Source: an uncultured Anaerolineaceae bacterium (GTDB lineage: Bacteria; Chloroflexota; Anaerolineae; Anaerolineales; UBA4823). Taken from it: a stretch of 64,000 nt of DNA. Within the stretch, counting starts at the first letter, position 1; each line of letters starts with the position of its first letter. The stretch is from contig CAZWFQ010000004.1 in assembly GCA_964633225.1 (NCBI GenBank), positions 13,512 to 77,511 on the forward strand, in the 5' to 3' direction. The notes under the pieces are model-generated. The model saw nothing but the letters and a program-made list of their open reading frames with translations. It did no database searches and was not told the origin of the DNA. The translations under genes and the position numbers were made by a program. Positions 45,301 to 52,573 of the stretch are shown piece by piece.

Positions 45301-45386
45301 GGATCCTTGACCAGGTACACGATACCCATGCCGCCCTGGCCAAGTTTGCTGATGATGCGGTAGCGATGGTTAATGGTTGCTGACAT
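39339..45386 (-). CDS. multidomain signalling protein: Ser/Thr kinase - AAA/STAND ATPase - TPR array - 3x GAF - HisKA/HATPase
   Basis: Kinase: 'LGQGGMGIVY', 'ALK', 'IHYDVKSRNI', 'DFG', 'GTPDYIAPE'. P-loop 'ITGAAGMGKRRL' and 'VIILEDLQYAD'. Long TPR-like region. GAF-like blocks. H-box 'AAHELRTPLT'. 'NAIKFT', 'DNGIGI', 'GPGLGLAI'. Confidence 0.9.
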   Translation of the reverse strand: MSATINHRYRIISKLGQGGMGIVYLVKDPLRSDQVMALKLVRTEHIGDRSMAQFKYEFATLGQLHHPNLVEVYDFGSIFNVEELPDAEHLNAFYYTMQYVQGEDLLSLAQRHLKVPEAGQAPDYTWLYEIIVQVCRALSYIHSRGLIHYDVKSRNIQITPSGQVKLMDFGLIGEPRAGGQIKVRGTPDYIAPEMIRGGEVDQRADLYSLGVTLYEIVTGRLPFGDTSSIVLMRRHLEEQPELPSDLVRHVPQGLQDLIMKLLEKEPANRYASASQVIEAINVISGLQFPVETRETRRGYIQSARFVGREAELAHLQGLLMHMLQGQGNLVLITGAAGMGKRRLGREFKARAQVQRVLVCEGDCQKQDRIPYRPWMDIFSMLIPLIRTHQPKALAQHGPALNALMPELGAQFNLVATQAGEKDPAWLRNSAADLLLAVNQPLVIILEDLQYADAESIALLEALSQKAGTRRLLLVGSYRDDEITASHPLLGLIDEATGRADEIQASPARIGNLISLLPLNEADVEVFVRSMLGAEEIASAPLPDGLLPRLMAETGGNPTFIQSVMQSLVEEELLRFDSSQWQIDLDALTLPADIQDAARRHLKRLDATLLGLLQWAAAMGEWLEIDVLLEVCGRAGDTAMGLVQRAVSQHVLEVSQRGGVQVYGFTTDAMRQVVYQTLTEPDRRERHQRIIEALRRLYPLEKIVDWLAWHAVRVGDTQQSLQVLRQAAESAMRRQAIQTALRYYTEAITLLESHPELVEPALSFDLHAGRERCYVALGEREQQQKELAVMSDLAQALGDLPRQVEALRRKVELAGLRGQKEEALRSAEAAVELAHRSGQQLLEAQALTGLGDLYYQLSRFDHAQSCHEQALKLYETLNDPAGQAENWRLLGHLHMRAGRTEPAIQYAQRALKLFRQIGDLGGQAKALTSIGLAVTDFAQARDHHEQSLAIRRSLDDKNGQAVSYNNLAVIHWSMGLYSRALEYMEQAVGLARSLQDYRRLGLYMETMGRCCLALGRYEEALAVLEESIQLTQDSGNRWAESAASITKGQVLLAQGLPGAALEVTWRAGNILRELKATELSAALAWRAAAHLQLGQWELAYDISGEATRLASALGTGGDYPMQDVWWIHYQVLEACPAACERIENEAWDSLQQAHLAMLNGIATLSDEALRRSYLNKVQINRAILLEWTRQMARRTGAQHADFSEAPEIEQTEAVEPARIQDKLRRVLNISVQMNETHDAESLLHYVMDQVIELSGAERGFLVLVDEAGQMNLRVARGMAEDELARAQAEISYTVLGEVAQSKKPVLLQDAMADERFSRQSSVLELNLRSVLCVPLLTRAELVGMIYADNRTVSGRFSQEDMELMVIFANQAASAIENARLYEELEAWTHTLEQRVAERTAELEAANQVLSRRAVQLEASSQVGQQATSILALDELLDQVVRLIHERFGYYNVSVWLIAPTRKTIILQASAGRAQVPLSRSYTVLDFEASSIIAHVCRTSQYRLVNDVRAEPDYLSVKELPETRSELTLPLRMGSRSIGVLDIQAEQIDAFGPDDLWTMQILADQIAIAIRNAQLYQAETDRRNLADALRQAGREMSSSLELGELTGRVLDQMAMVLPYERGSLWLQEDRVLVSVSQRGFPEGEEDLRMPIRPGDVYNQMVERQGALVVDDVTREAGWKQAEGLPLNYSWLGVPLISKGRTLGMISLTRCEAGAFMEYDATVATTFAVQAAAALENASLYDQIKRFNEQLEQMVMQRTEELNRAYHNLERLDRNKSDFINVAAHELRTPLTITSGYAQVAQTHPTVAANPEIKKLVDGIVSGSNRMLEVVNSMLDISKITSQTFTLYKGLIPLVFVIDAVGEKYQRAMKERQISFEMVGLEELPPVQADADQLTKVFGQLIVNAIKFTPDGGKITVSGKLLPPKRAGQPERVELVVTDNGIGIDPAYHELIFEKFYQTGEVSFHSSGQTKFKGGGPGLGLAIARGIIEAHGGRIWVESPGHDEETCPGSSFHIILYV

Positions 45387-45549
45387 GGCCCAATCGCGCC
45401 TACGAACGGGTTAATATAGAAAGCAAGAGTGAGAACATTATACCGGAATAATCAAGCCAATGGCGCCTGAAACCGCTTTACAGAATCGTTTAGTCAATAA
45501 CCCCACACCAGCCAGGCTCCCGATGTCTGACTCTGGGAACACCAAAGGC

Positions 45550-46770
45550 TTAACCCTGATCCATTTCTTTGGCGGCTGGAACCTTGAACTTCGTCCAAAC
45601 CAGCAGGATACTTGACAGCGCTGCGATCGCCGTCAGCCAGAAGGGCAATGCCGGGTTAAAACGCGACCATAACTGCCCGCCCAGCCAGGGGGCTGGCAAT
45701 GAGATCAAACCCAGGCTGGTCCACAACAAGCCAAAGGCCATACCGCGCATGTTTTCAGGGATGGCCTTAGAGATCAGAGAATCGTAAGCCGGGTTCATCA
45801 GCCCATAGCCTGCCCCCAGGACCATGAACGATAACACAAAACCATAGAAGCCCTCCGCCAAAACGAAAATCGTTAGCCCAACCCCTTCCAGTAGAAAACC
45901 CAGGGCGATCGCCCGCCGCTCACCGATGCGGTCTGAAAGCCAGCCCGCCGGGAAGGTGACGACCATCAAAACCAGGCCAAGCAGCGCATTCAAGTAGCCA
46001 ATCTGCTCTACCCCCAATTGGCCAACTTCTGATAAGTAAAGCGGTTGTAAATTGCTCGATAAGTTATAGCCCACATCCCGCACGCCATCGGTGAGAAATA
46101 TCCAGGTCACCAGGCCTCCTGCGGTCAATAGGGCTGCCAGGCTTCTCAGGCCGTGCTTGAATCCTTCGAGGGTGGGTTTCTCTGTAGGCCGTGGACTGCG
46201 GAATTGTTCAGCTAACGCCATCCAAATCCGCAGGGCAGTGGCCGACAGATAAGTGAGGCAAGCTGCCAGGAATAGGGTATGGAAACTGAACGAGCCCGCC
46301 AGCCAGCCGCTCAACAACGGGCCAACGATCGTCACGATCATGAACAGTCCGTTGGTCAGCCCGAATACCCTGCCGCGCGTCTCTTCGGTTGAATTTTCGG
46401 CCACAAAAGGGCCGTAAGATGGGGCAATCAGCGCGCCGGAGAAAAATTCGAGCCCCAAAGAAACAATGATCCATTCCCAGGATGGAGAAAGAATGAAGCC
46501 AATGTAGCCAAATGAACCACCAATAGCGCCGATGGCAATGATCCGCAGGCGGCCCACTTTGTCTGAAAGCCATCCCCCAAAGATTTGCAGGGCCATGGGT
46601 ACCATGCCTGCAATTGAGTAAACCAGACCAACCTGGGGCGGGGTGGCCCCCATCTCATCTGCCAGGTAGATAGGCAGCAGTGTATAGACCATGATCCCAG
46701 CGATGTTGGCCAGGATCATGGAGGCAATGAACCAACGCAAGGTCGGCGTGAGCAGCCGGAATGCGCGCAT
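45550..46770 (-). CDS. MFS transporter
   Basis: 12 TM-like segments with 'GWLSDKVGRLR' and 'GWLSDRIGERR' MFS loop motifs. Only 29 bp downstream of the AAA+ gene, with no terminator between them. Confidence 0.9.
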   Translation of the reverse strand: MRAFRLLTPTLRWFIASMILANIAGIMVYTLLPIYLADEMGATPPQVGLVYSIAGMVPMALQIFGGWLSDKVGRLRIIAIGAIGGSFGYIGFILSPSWEWIIVSLGLEFFSGALIAPSYGPFVAENSTEETRGRVFGLTNGLFMIVTIVGPLLSGWLAGSFSFHTLFLAACLTYLSATALRIWMALAEQFRSPRPTEKPTLEGFKHGLRSLAALLTAGGLVTWIFLTDGVRDVGYNLSSNLQPLYLSEVGQLGVEQIGYLNALLGLVLMVVTFPAGWLSDRIGERRAIALGFLLEGVGLTIFVLAEGFYGFVLSFMVLGAGYGLMNPAYDSLISKAIPENMRGMAFGLLWTSLGLISLPAPWLGGQLWSRFNPALPFWLTAIAALSSILLVWTKFKVPAAKEMDQG

Positions 46771-46799
46771 GGGGATAATTAAACCACAAATTCAGGCTG

Positions 46800-49571
46800 T
46801 CACGGCAGAAGCTGTACTTCCCGGGCACCCGGCACATCGGCGGGGATGAAGGTATTAAGATCCACCTTCTCTGTGCCGGCTTGCGATGCCCGTTCAGCCA
46901 GAGAGGCCTTCATATCCAAGAGCAGCTCTCCAACCAGGCGTGCGTTGCCAAAGCCGCGCCCATCTTGCAACCTTCTCGCCTTAAAATATGCTTCTAATCC
47001 TTCTTGCACCCCTTCTTCCCAACGGTAACCTTCGGCCTCTGCCAAACGCGTGAAGATCTGCCACAGTTCTGCGGAAGTAAAATCTGAAAATTCGATCGAA
47101 CGATTGAATCGAGAACGCAACCCGGGGTTGCTTTGAATGAAATATTCCATCTCCGTGGGATAACCCGCACAGATCACCACCAGCCGTTTCCGGTGATCTT
47201 CCATAGCTTTGACCAGGGTATCAATCGCTTCTTGACCATAGTCCTGGTCGCTGCCCCGCACCAATGAATAGGCCTCGTCAATGAACAGCACGCCATCCAG
47301 GGCCTCTCGGATGCGCTCGCTGGTCTTCAGGGCGGTCTGCCCCAAGTAACCCGCCACCAGGTCGGCCCGGCCCACCTCCACACAATGTCCTTTTCGCAGC
47401 AGGCCCAGGCTCTGGCAGAATCTTCCCACCAGCCTGGCGACGGTCGTTTTTCCGGTGCCGGGGTTTCCGGTGAAGAGCATGTGCGGCATCCGCAGCGCGC
47501 TTACCGTGTTGGAACCATTCAGCACCTGTCGATCTTGCTCCAATTGGATCACCCGCACAATCCGGCGCAAGGCATCTTTCACCGGCATCAAGCCCACCAG
47601 GTCATCCAACTCTTCAAAGAGGCGATCCAAATCTGGCGGCGGGGGCGATAAATACGGTCTATACTCAGCCGGGAGGTCGGCTTCATCCAGGGGTGCATTC
47701 TTATCGAGACGATTGCGCACAATCCGGTCTGCCCGGCGGCGAGCAAGTCCCTCTGCCAGAGAGCGCATCTCGCCTGCGTTCCCAAAATGCTCATCCCGCC
47801 CATCATACAATCCGGCGACCACATCCTTCAGCTTGTTCAACACGGCCCCAGGGCACTGGAGTCTCTTTTTGGCCAACATACCCAGCAAGACTTGTTCCAA
47901 TTCCTCCTGGCTGTAATCTGGAAAATCCAGGATGTGATCTCTGGGAAAACGTCGTCTCAAACCGGGGTTCGAGTCGAGGAATTTCTGCATCTTGCCAGGA
48001 TACCCCGCCGCAATCACCACCAAACGGCCGCGCTCGTTTTCCATGCGTGCCAATAAGGTCTCGATCGCTTCTTGCCCATACCCGCCTCGCTCCTCCTCTG
48101 CCAGGGCGTAAGCCTCATCGATGAACAACACCCCATCCAACGCCTGTTGGATCAGGGCGTTGGTTTTCAAGGCAGTTCCCCCCACATGTTCTGCAACCAG
48201 GTCTGCCGCCCGGGCTTCCACCAGGTGGCCGCGCCTTAACAGCCCCATCTCATACAGCATCTCACCCATCAGCCGGGCAGCGGTGGTTTTGCCAGTTCCC
48301 GGGTTGCCGGTAAAAATCATGTGTAGGGATGGGGGGTCCCCCACCCCATCAGGTCCTTGATTTGAATAATGTAGCCAGGCAAAGGATCCCAGCTCTCTCA
48401 GTTTATCCTTTACGGTTTGCAGGCCGACCAATTCCGCCAGCCTTTGGGCCGCAGGCCTGTCTCCAGCCTTGCTGGCTGAGATCCAGCCGCGTTCTCGGAT
48501 GGACTTCCGATCTAAACGTTGGAGGGTCTGCAAACGGCGCAGCCATTGGGCTGCCAAGAGGTCTTCCGCCGCCAGGTCGCGCAGCAGGCGCGGCAAGTGG
48601 GCTTCATCCACCTCCAGCTTGGGCCGGAGCGCATTCACCAGCCGGGCCAGTTCACGCGGCCCTGGGCCGGGCAGTTGTACCAGGTGATAGAGCTTGCGGC
48701 CTTCGTTTTTCTGGCGGGTAATAAATTGGCGCAGTTCCGGCGCCGGGATCGAATCTGCCGCCTGGCACAGGGCATCATACCCGTCCACCGAGAACAACAA
48801 GTAGCAAAGGTTGCTGTTTGCCGCCGGCAGACGCGCCCAATCCCCAATCAAGCCCCCAAGCGTGCGCGGGTCCTCGTGATAGCGGAATATGGTCTCGGCT
48901 TGCTCCAGGATCACAGCCGTACGGGGTCCGTTCGTTTCTTTCATCAAACTATCCAAAAAGCGCACCGCATGTGCGTCCCCCATGCCCACACTGGCCATTT
49001 CAGGATTTTGTAAAACATCCACTGGTTGGTGAGCGGTGGATGCGGCAACCGGGTTTTGGTAACCGGCCTGGCTATCAGCCAGGTGGTGAGGAGACTGAGT
49101 CTCTGCCAACAACTGCACATTCCCTAATGGCCCCCCCGCCAAGAAGGTCATCACACCCGCCTCGATCTGTGCGCCAGCCTGTCGCAATCCCCGCCGAGAG
49201 GGATTCGAACCCACAGCCTCGGCCTTGACAGGGCTTCGCTTCCCGTTTTGAGAAGCGCTGGTTGGCTGGAAACTTGCTAACTGGGTGGAGCGATCGTCCA
49301 GGTAATGGATCGAACCATGCGGAGAGAAGAAGACAATGCGCTCAAAACCTCGTTGGCTCAGGCAGGCGTGTAAGAGGCGGTTGATCGGATGTTCTTGTCC
49401 TTCAGCATCCAGGTGCGTATCATCAACCCCCTTGCCATATAAGATCACAAAGCGCGTATCCAGGTCAACTGGAACCACCATCCCATCCCGTTCAACCGAG
49501 CCAGGCAAATCCTGTGCTTTCATTAAACTGTCTACCGATTGAGATACCATCGAAAAACCACACCAAATCAA
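46800..49571 (-). CDS. large ATPase: ~430-aa unassigned N-terminal region + two CbbX/SpoVK-type AAA+ modules
   Basis: Module 1: 'FTGNPGTGKTTAARLMG', 'VLFIDEAYAL', 'VIAAGYPGKM...NPGLRRRF'. Module 2: 'FTGNPGTGKTTVARLVG', 'VLFIDEAYSL', 'VICAGYPTEM...NPGLRSRF'. The ATG at 49571 abuts the stop of the upstream gene. Confidence 0.85.
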   Translation of the reverse strand: MIWCGFSMVSQSVDSLMKAQDLPGSVERDGMVVPVDLDTRFVILYGKGVDDTHLDAEGQEHPINRLLHACLSQRGFERIVFFSPHGSIHYLDDRSTQLASFQPTSASQNGKRSPVKAEAVGSNPSRRGLRQAGAQIEAGVMTFLAGGPLGNVQLLAETQSPHHLADSQAGYQNPVAASTAHQPVDVLQNPEMASVGMGDAHAVRFLDSLMKETNGPRTAVILEQAETIFRYHEDPRTLGGLIGDWARLPAANSNLCYLLFSVDGYDALCQAADSIPAPELRQFITRQKNEGRKLYHLVQLPGPGPRELARLVNALRPKLEVDEAHLPRLLRDLAAEDLLAAQWLRRLQTLQRLDRKSIRERGWISASKAGDRPAAQRLAELVGLQTVKDKLRELGSFAWLHYSNQGPDGVGDPPSLHMIFTGNPGTGKTTAARLMGEMLYEMGLLRRGHLVEARAADLVAEHVGGTALKTNALIQQALDGVLFIDEAYALAEEERGGYGQEAIETLLARMENERGRLVVIAAGYPGKMQKFLDSNPGLRRRFPRDHILDFPDYSQEELEQVLLGMLAKKRLQCPGAVLNKLKDVVAGLYDGRDEHFGNAGEMRSLAEGLARRRADRIVRNRLDKNAPLDEADLPAEYRPYLSPPPPDLDRLFEELDDLVGLMPVKDALRRIVRVIQLEQDRQVLNGSNTVSALRMPHMLFTGNPGTGKTTVARLVGRFCQSLGLLRKGHCVEVGRADLVAGYLGQTALKTSERIREALDGVLFIDEAYSLVRGSDQDYGQEAIDTLVKAMEDHRKRLVVICAGYPTEMEYFIQSNPGLRSRFNRSIEFSDFTSAELWQIFTRLAEAEGYRWEEGVQEGLEAYFKARRLQDGRGFGNARLVGELLLDMKASLAERASQAGTEKVDLNTFIPADVPGAREVQLLP

Positions 49572-50981
49572 TTACCGGTCGTTTGGAAGCTGGGCTTCCT
49601 GGGTGCGATACGTACCCCTGGTCTCGGCTGCCTGGCGAGGCGACCGGTTTTCCATTCGCTGGGCCGTATAAGGCGTCCGCTCATCCACCGCCACCAGGTT
49701 GCTGACCAGAAGCCCGGTTTGTTGCAGTGAGCGTTGGATCTCGCGGGCACGCTGCCTCAACTCATGTTGGGTGCGCGGCTGCCGGTCGCTGGCAATCAGG
49801 TGCAAACGGTTTTCAGGGGTTGCTGCCCCCTCCGGGTCCACCTGGACCACAATCTCACTGCCGCTGCGATCGATAACCCTGGCAAAGAAGCCGTCCTTTT
49901 CACTGCCGCTGTAGCTTGCCTCCGTCAGGGCATACCCCTGCCCGAATAGAGCCCGCACCACAATATCGGCAATGTTCAACCGTAGCTGAGAAGATAAAGC
50001 TGCCATGCGCGCATCGCCCACCAGGTCACTCAGCGCGTGTTGTTTTTCTGGCAAGACCTGTTCGTACAACTCGCGCAGATTTTCGACCGAGTAGACTTCC
50101 AAACCCCGGTCAATGGAACGCCCGATCTGCCTCAGCTCTTGCAGCATGGCGCGGATGCCTCCTTGCGTCCAGTAATCCACATCCAGGTTAACCCCCAATT
50201 CCTGGTTCGCCAGGTTGATCGCTGGGATGTGGGCGCTGCCCTGTGTCATGCGCAGGAGGACCTTCACCTGTTCTCGGCAAGCCTGCTGCAAGAAACGGTA
50301 TTCTGACCAGGCAGTTTCGCAGCTCAGGCGCATCTCAGCCAGTTGCAAGTAAGCGTCTTGGGCCTGCGAAATTGCGGCCTCATGCAGCCCCTGTTCCTGG
50401 TTCTGGTCTGCCTGGAGCAATCGGTTTTCGATCCCGTCCAACCTGCCGGGTTGAAAGTGATCATGGGGGTAATTAGCCTGGATGAAAGCGACCAGAGCCA
50501 TTCCAGCATCAATCCAATCACGCGCCAACGATTGCTTGGCGCGCTCTCCATCAGCTTGTTTGCGCATGCTGTGCGCAAACTGCCGGAACTGCTCTTGAGT
50601 TTGGTGATACAGCTCTTGTTCGACCTTTTTATGGGCTTCGAAGAGGTGTTTCGCCAGGTGATCTGTCTGATCCCAGAGCGTCCCCGCCAGGTGGTTCATA
50701 TCATCCTGGATCTGTGCCTGGTAGGCGACGAGTGCCTGCTGGGTGAAGGATTCCAGTTCCACCAGGTTGCCACTGACCTCGCCCACGGTATCCAGCAGTT
50801 GCTGCTGGCGAGATTGAAACGCCTCATAATCCCGGTCTAAAGACTGCCGTGTGGCACGCGTGGCATCTTCAACCAGCTTCGGATAATCCTCATGCATAAA
50901 GCGCGCTCGCATATCCACTTCGTGCAAGCGCCGGTATTCTTCTTCGGTAATGGTAATGGTGGCCTCTTTATGACCGCTCAT
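49572..50981 (-). CDS. hypothetical coiled-coil-rich protein (469 aa), no recognisable family
   Basis: Long Q/E/L/R-rich helical segments and a C-terminal ~100-aa mixed region ('GYALTEASYSGSEKDGFFARVIDRSGSEIVVQVDPEG'). 4-bp overlap with the radical-SAM gene. Confidence 0.7.
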   Translation of the reverse strand: MSGHKEATITITEEEYRRLHEVDMRARFMHEDYPKLVEDATRATRQSLDRDYEAFQSRQQQLLDTVGEVSGNLVELESFTQQALVAYQAQIQDDMNHLAGTLWDQTDHLAKHLFEAHKKVEQELYHQTQEQFRQFAHSMRKQADGERAKQSLARDWIDAGMALVAFIQANYPHDHFQPGRLDGIENRLLQADQNQEQGLHEAAISQAQDAYLQLAEMRLSCETAWSEYRFLQQACREQVKVLLRMTQGSAHIPAINLANQELGVNLDVDYWTQGGIRAMLQELRQIGRSIDRGLEVYSVENLRELYEQVLPEKQHALSDLVGDARMAALSSQLRLNIADIVVRALFGQGYALTEASYSGSEKDGFFARVIDRSGSEIVVQVDPEGAATPENRLHLIASDRQPRTQHELRQRAREIQRSLQQTGLLVSNLVAVDERTPYTAQRMENRSPRQAAETRGTYRTQEAQLPNDR

Positions 50982-51643
50982 CGAAGCCCTCCAGCCGCCA
51001 GGCTGCTTTGTCGCAACGCGGCAATGTCTTGCATTACCGCTGAAAACACCCCCAGCGGTGGCACCCCCACAAACATCAACTCGCCGTCTCGCACCAAGAC
51101 CTCCACTCGCCTTGGGGCATCCTCCAGGGCAGATCCCACCAGGCGCGCCGAGAGATAATGCACGGTTTGGTTGGAAGAGCCTCGCAAACCGTGGTTATCA
51201 TTCAAATCAGCCCGGTAAGGCCCATCAATTAAAACATCGATCATATCTAGCAGCCTGGGAACGCCCGATCCATTCGACATCCGTTTGAGTTGAGAAAGTT
51301 CGTATCCCGTGAAGACGATCACGTTGATCTCCCGCAGGCGCCTGCCTGCCCGGATCAATTCTGCCAGCGCCTTCGCTTGCAGCATGGGCTCTCCCCCCGA
51401 AATGGTCCAGCCCGTAACCCGGTCATCTGCCAGCAGTTCTTCAGCCAGTTGGTGCGGGCTGACCAACCTGGCGGGCCGGTTTGGGATCCAGCCGGGGGCA
51501 ATGCACCCCTGGCAGCGGAATGGGCAGCCCTGCACCCATACCGCTGCCCGCCATCCCGGACCAAGCGCCTGGGTGGCAGGTAGACTGGCAGCAATATTCA
51601 GGTTATCGGATTGAATCCTAGAATTGAACCCTGGCTGGGTCAT
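50978..51643 (-). CDS. NrdG/PflA-like radical SAM activase-family protein (orphan)
   Basis: 'LGPGWRAAVWVQGCPFRCQGCIAPGW' is a CxxxCxxC cluster in the GPG.R....F..GC context typical of glycyl-radical activases. 'ISGGEPM' is the SAM-binding motif. No glycyl-radical enzyme gene in the window. Confidence 0.8.
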   Translation of the reverse strand: MTQPGFNSRIQSDNLNIAASLPATQALGPGWRAAVWVQGCPFRCQGCIAPGWIPNRPARLVSPHQLAEELLADDRVTGWTISGGEPMLQAKALAELIRAGRRLREINVIVFTGYELSQLKRMSNGSGVPRLLDMIDVLIDGPYRADLNDNHGLRGSSNQTVHYLSARLVGSALEDAPRRVEVLVRDGELMFVGVPPLGVFSAVMQDIAALRQSSLAAGGLR

Positions 51644-51748
51644 GATGTAAAAAGACCTCTATGCCTTCCCGATCGATAGAACAAGTCGATAACGGTTGGT
51701 TTGACTGAGTATGAATTATTGACAGGAACAGGATGCTATTCCTAATTC

Positions 51749-51777
51749 ATCATAGCACATTTGTTCTAATAAATCAA
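51749..51777 (-). promoter_or_regulatory. promoter P1 with embedded palindromic operator (TAGAACAAATGTGCTA)
   Basis: Minus strand: TTGATT-N17-TATGAT. The 16-bp near-palindrome at 51753-51768 fills the spacer and overlaps the -10. Confidence 0.65.
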
Positions 51778-51893
51778 GACCCAGGTCTGGGATATTCCTC
51801 CCTCTTTCCCCAACCCCTGGTGGCTGTTTCCCCCACTGATGACACTTCCCCGCCAGGTGCTCAATCGGGCGTGAAGCGGATGGACGTAGCGTT

Positions 51894-51922
51894 AATATAG
51901 CACATATGTTCTATTTAGGCAA
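51894..51922 (-). promoter_or_regulatory. promoter P2 with embedded palindromic operator (TAGAACATATGTGCTA)
   Basis: Minus strand: TTGCCT-N17-TATATT. The operator at 51898-51913 sits in the same register as in P1, 145 bp upstream of it. Confidence 0.6.
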
Positions 51923-52045
51923 GGAGTGATCCCACCCCAGGCTTTCGTGAAAATCCTTCACCGCAGAGACCGCCAAGCAAGCCAAGATTCTTACTCTGTC
52001 TCAGCAGGCTCCGCCATCTCTGCGGCGAATACCTTTTAAAAATGA

Positions 52046-52573
52046 TCAATTCTCACCATAACCAACCTCCTGTAAGCACTGATAAACCGCCCAGCGATCT
52101 TCTTCTCCCAACACCTTGATTCCCAGGGCGGCAAACCGCTTGTGGTCCGGCTCACTGAGAGCCAGCGCATCACGATACACAGCCATCAACCGGCCCGGGT
52201 CATCATCAGCCGCCACCCGGTTAAGAGAAACCTTCCCACATGCCTGGCACACCTGAACCAGCATCAGCTCACCTGCCTGGTGCGGCGCATAACGGTTCCG
52301 CCCTGGCTTAAAACTCAAGCCAAGCGGGCGCATGGGGGCGCGGCACACCGATAACCTATCTCCAGCCTGGTATAGGTCCAGGTGGCGCGACCAAAGGCAG
52401 TACGGACAATGGTTACGGTTCTTAACCCCTGACAGCACCGGATCAGCAGAGACGAATCCCTGGCAGTTCAGGCAGCAGAAGTCTCCGCCTGCCAGCATCT
52501 TCGGCCCAGCCAGCCGGAAAAGCTGGCTGGGCCTGCTACGAGAACGGAATTTTTCCGGCAGCGGGCGGGTCAT
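52046..52573 (-). CDS. RNHCP domain-containing zinc-ribbon protein
   Basis: Literal 'RNHCPYCLWSRHLD' motif plus 'CLNCQG' and 'CQACG' pairs. 4-bp overlap with rsgA. Confidence 0.8.
   Translation of the reverse strand: MTRPLPEKFRSRSRPSQLFRLAGPKMLAGGDFCCLNCQGFVSADPVLSGVKNRNHCPYCLWSRHLDLYQAGDRLSVCRAPMRPLGLSFKPGRNRYAPHQAGELMLVQVCQACGKVSLNRVAADDDPGRLMAVYRDALALSEPDHKRFAALGIKVLGEEDRWAVYQCLQEVGYGEN

Noticed and set aside
46800-50981. Search for a glycyl-radical loop (RVxG[FWY]) or a second radical-SAM cluster in the two partner proteins
   Set aside because: None found by eye; 'FARVIDRSG' lacks the motif's Gly. I therefore make no claim that either partner is a glycyl-radical enzyme.
51753-51913. Interpreting the two palindromes as NrdR boxes, because the downstream gene is NrdG-like
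   Set aside because: The sequence TAGAACAWATGTGCTA does not fit the NrdR consensus (acaCwAtATaTwGtgt). NrdR boxes also occur as pairs about 31-32 bp apart, not 145 bp apart with each inside its own promoter.
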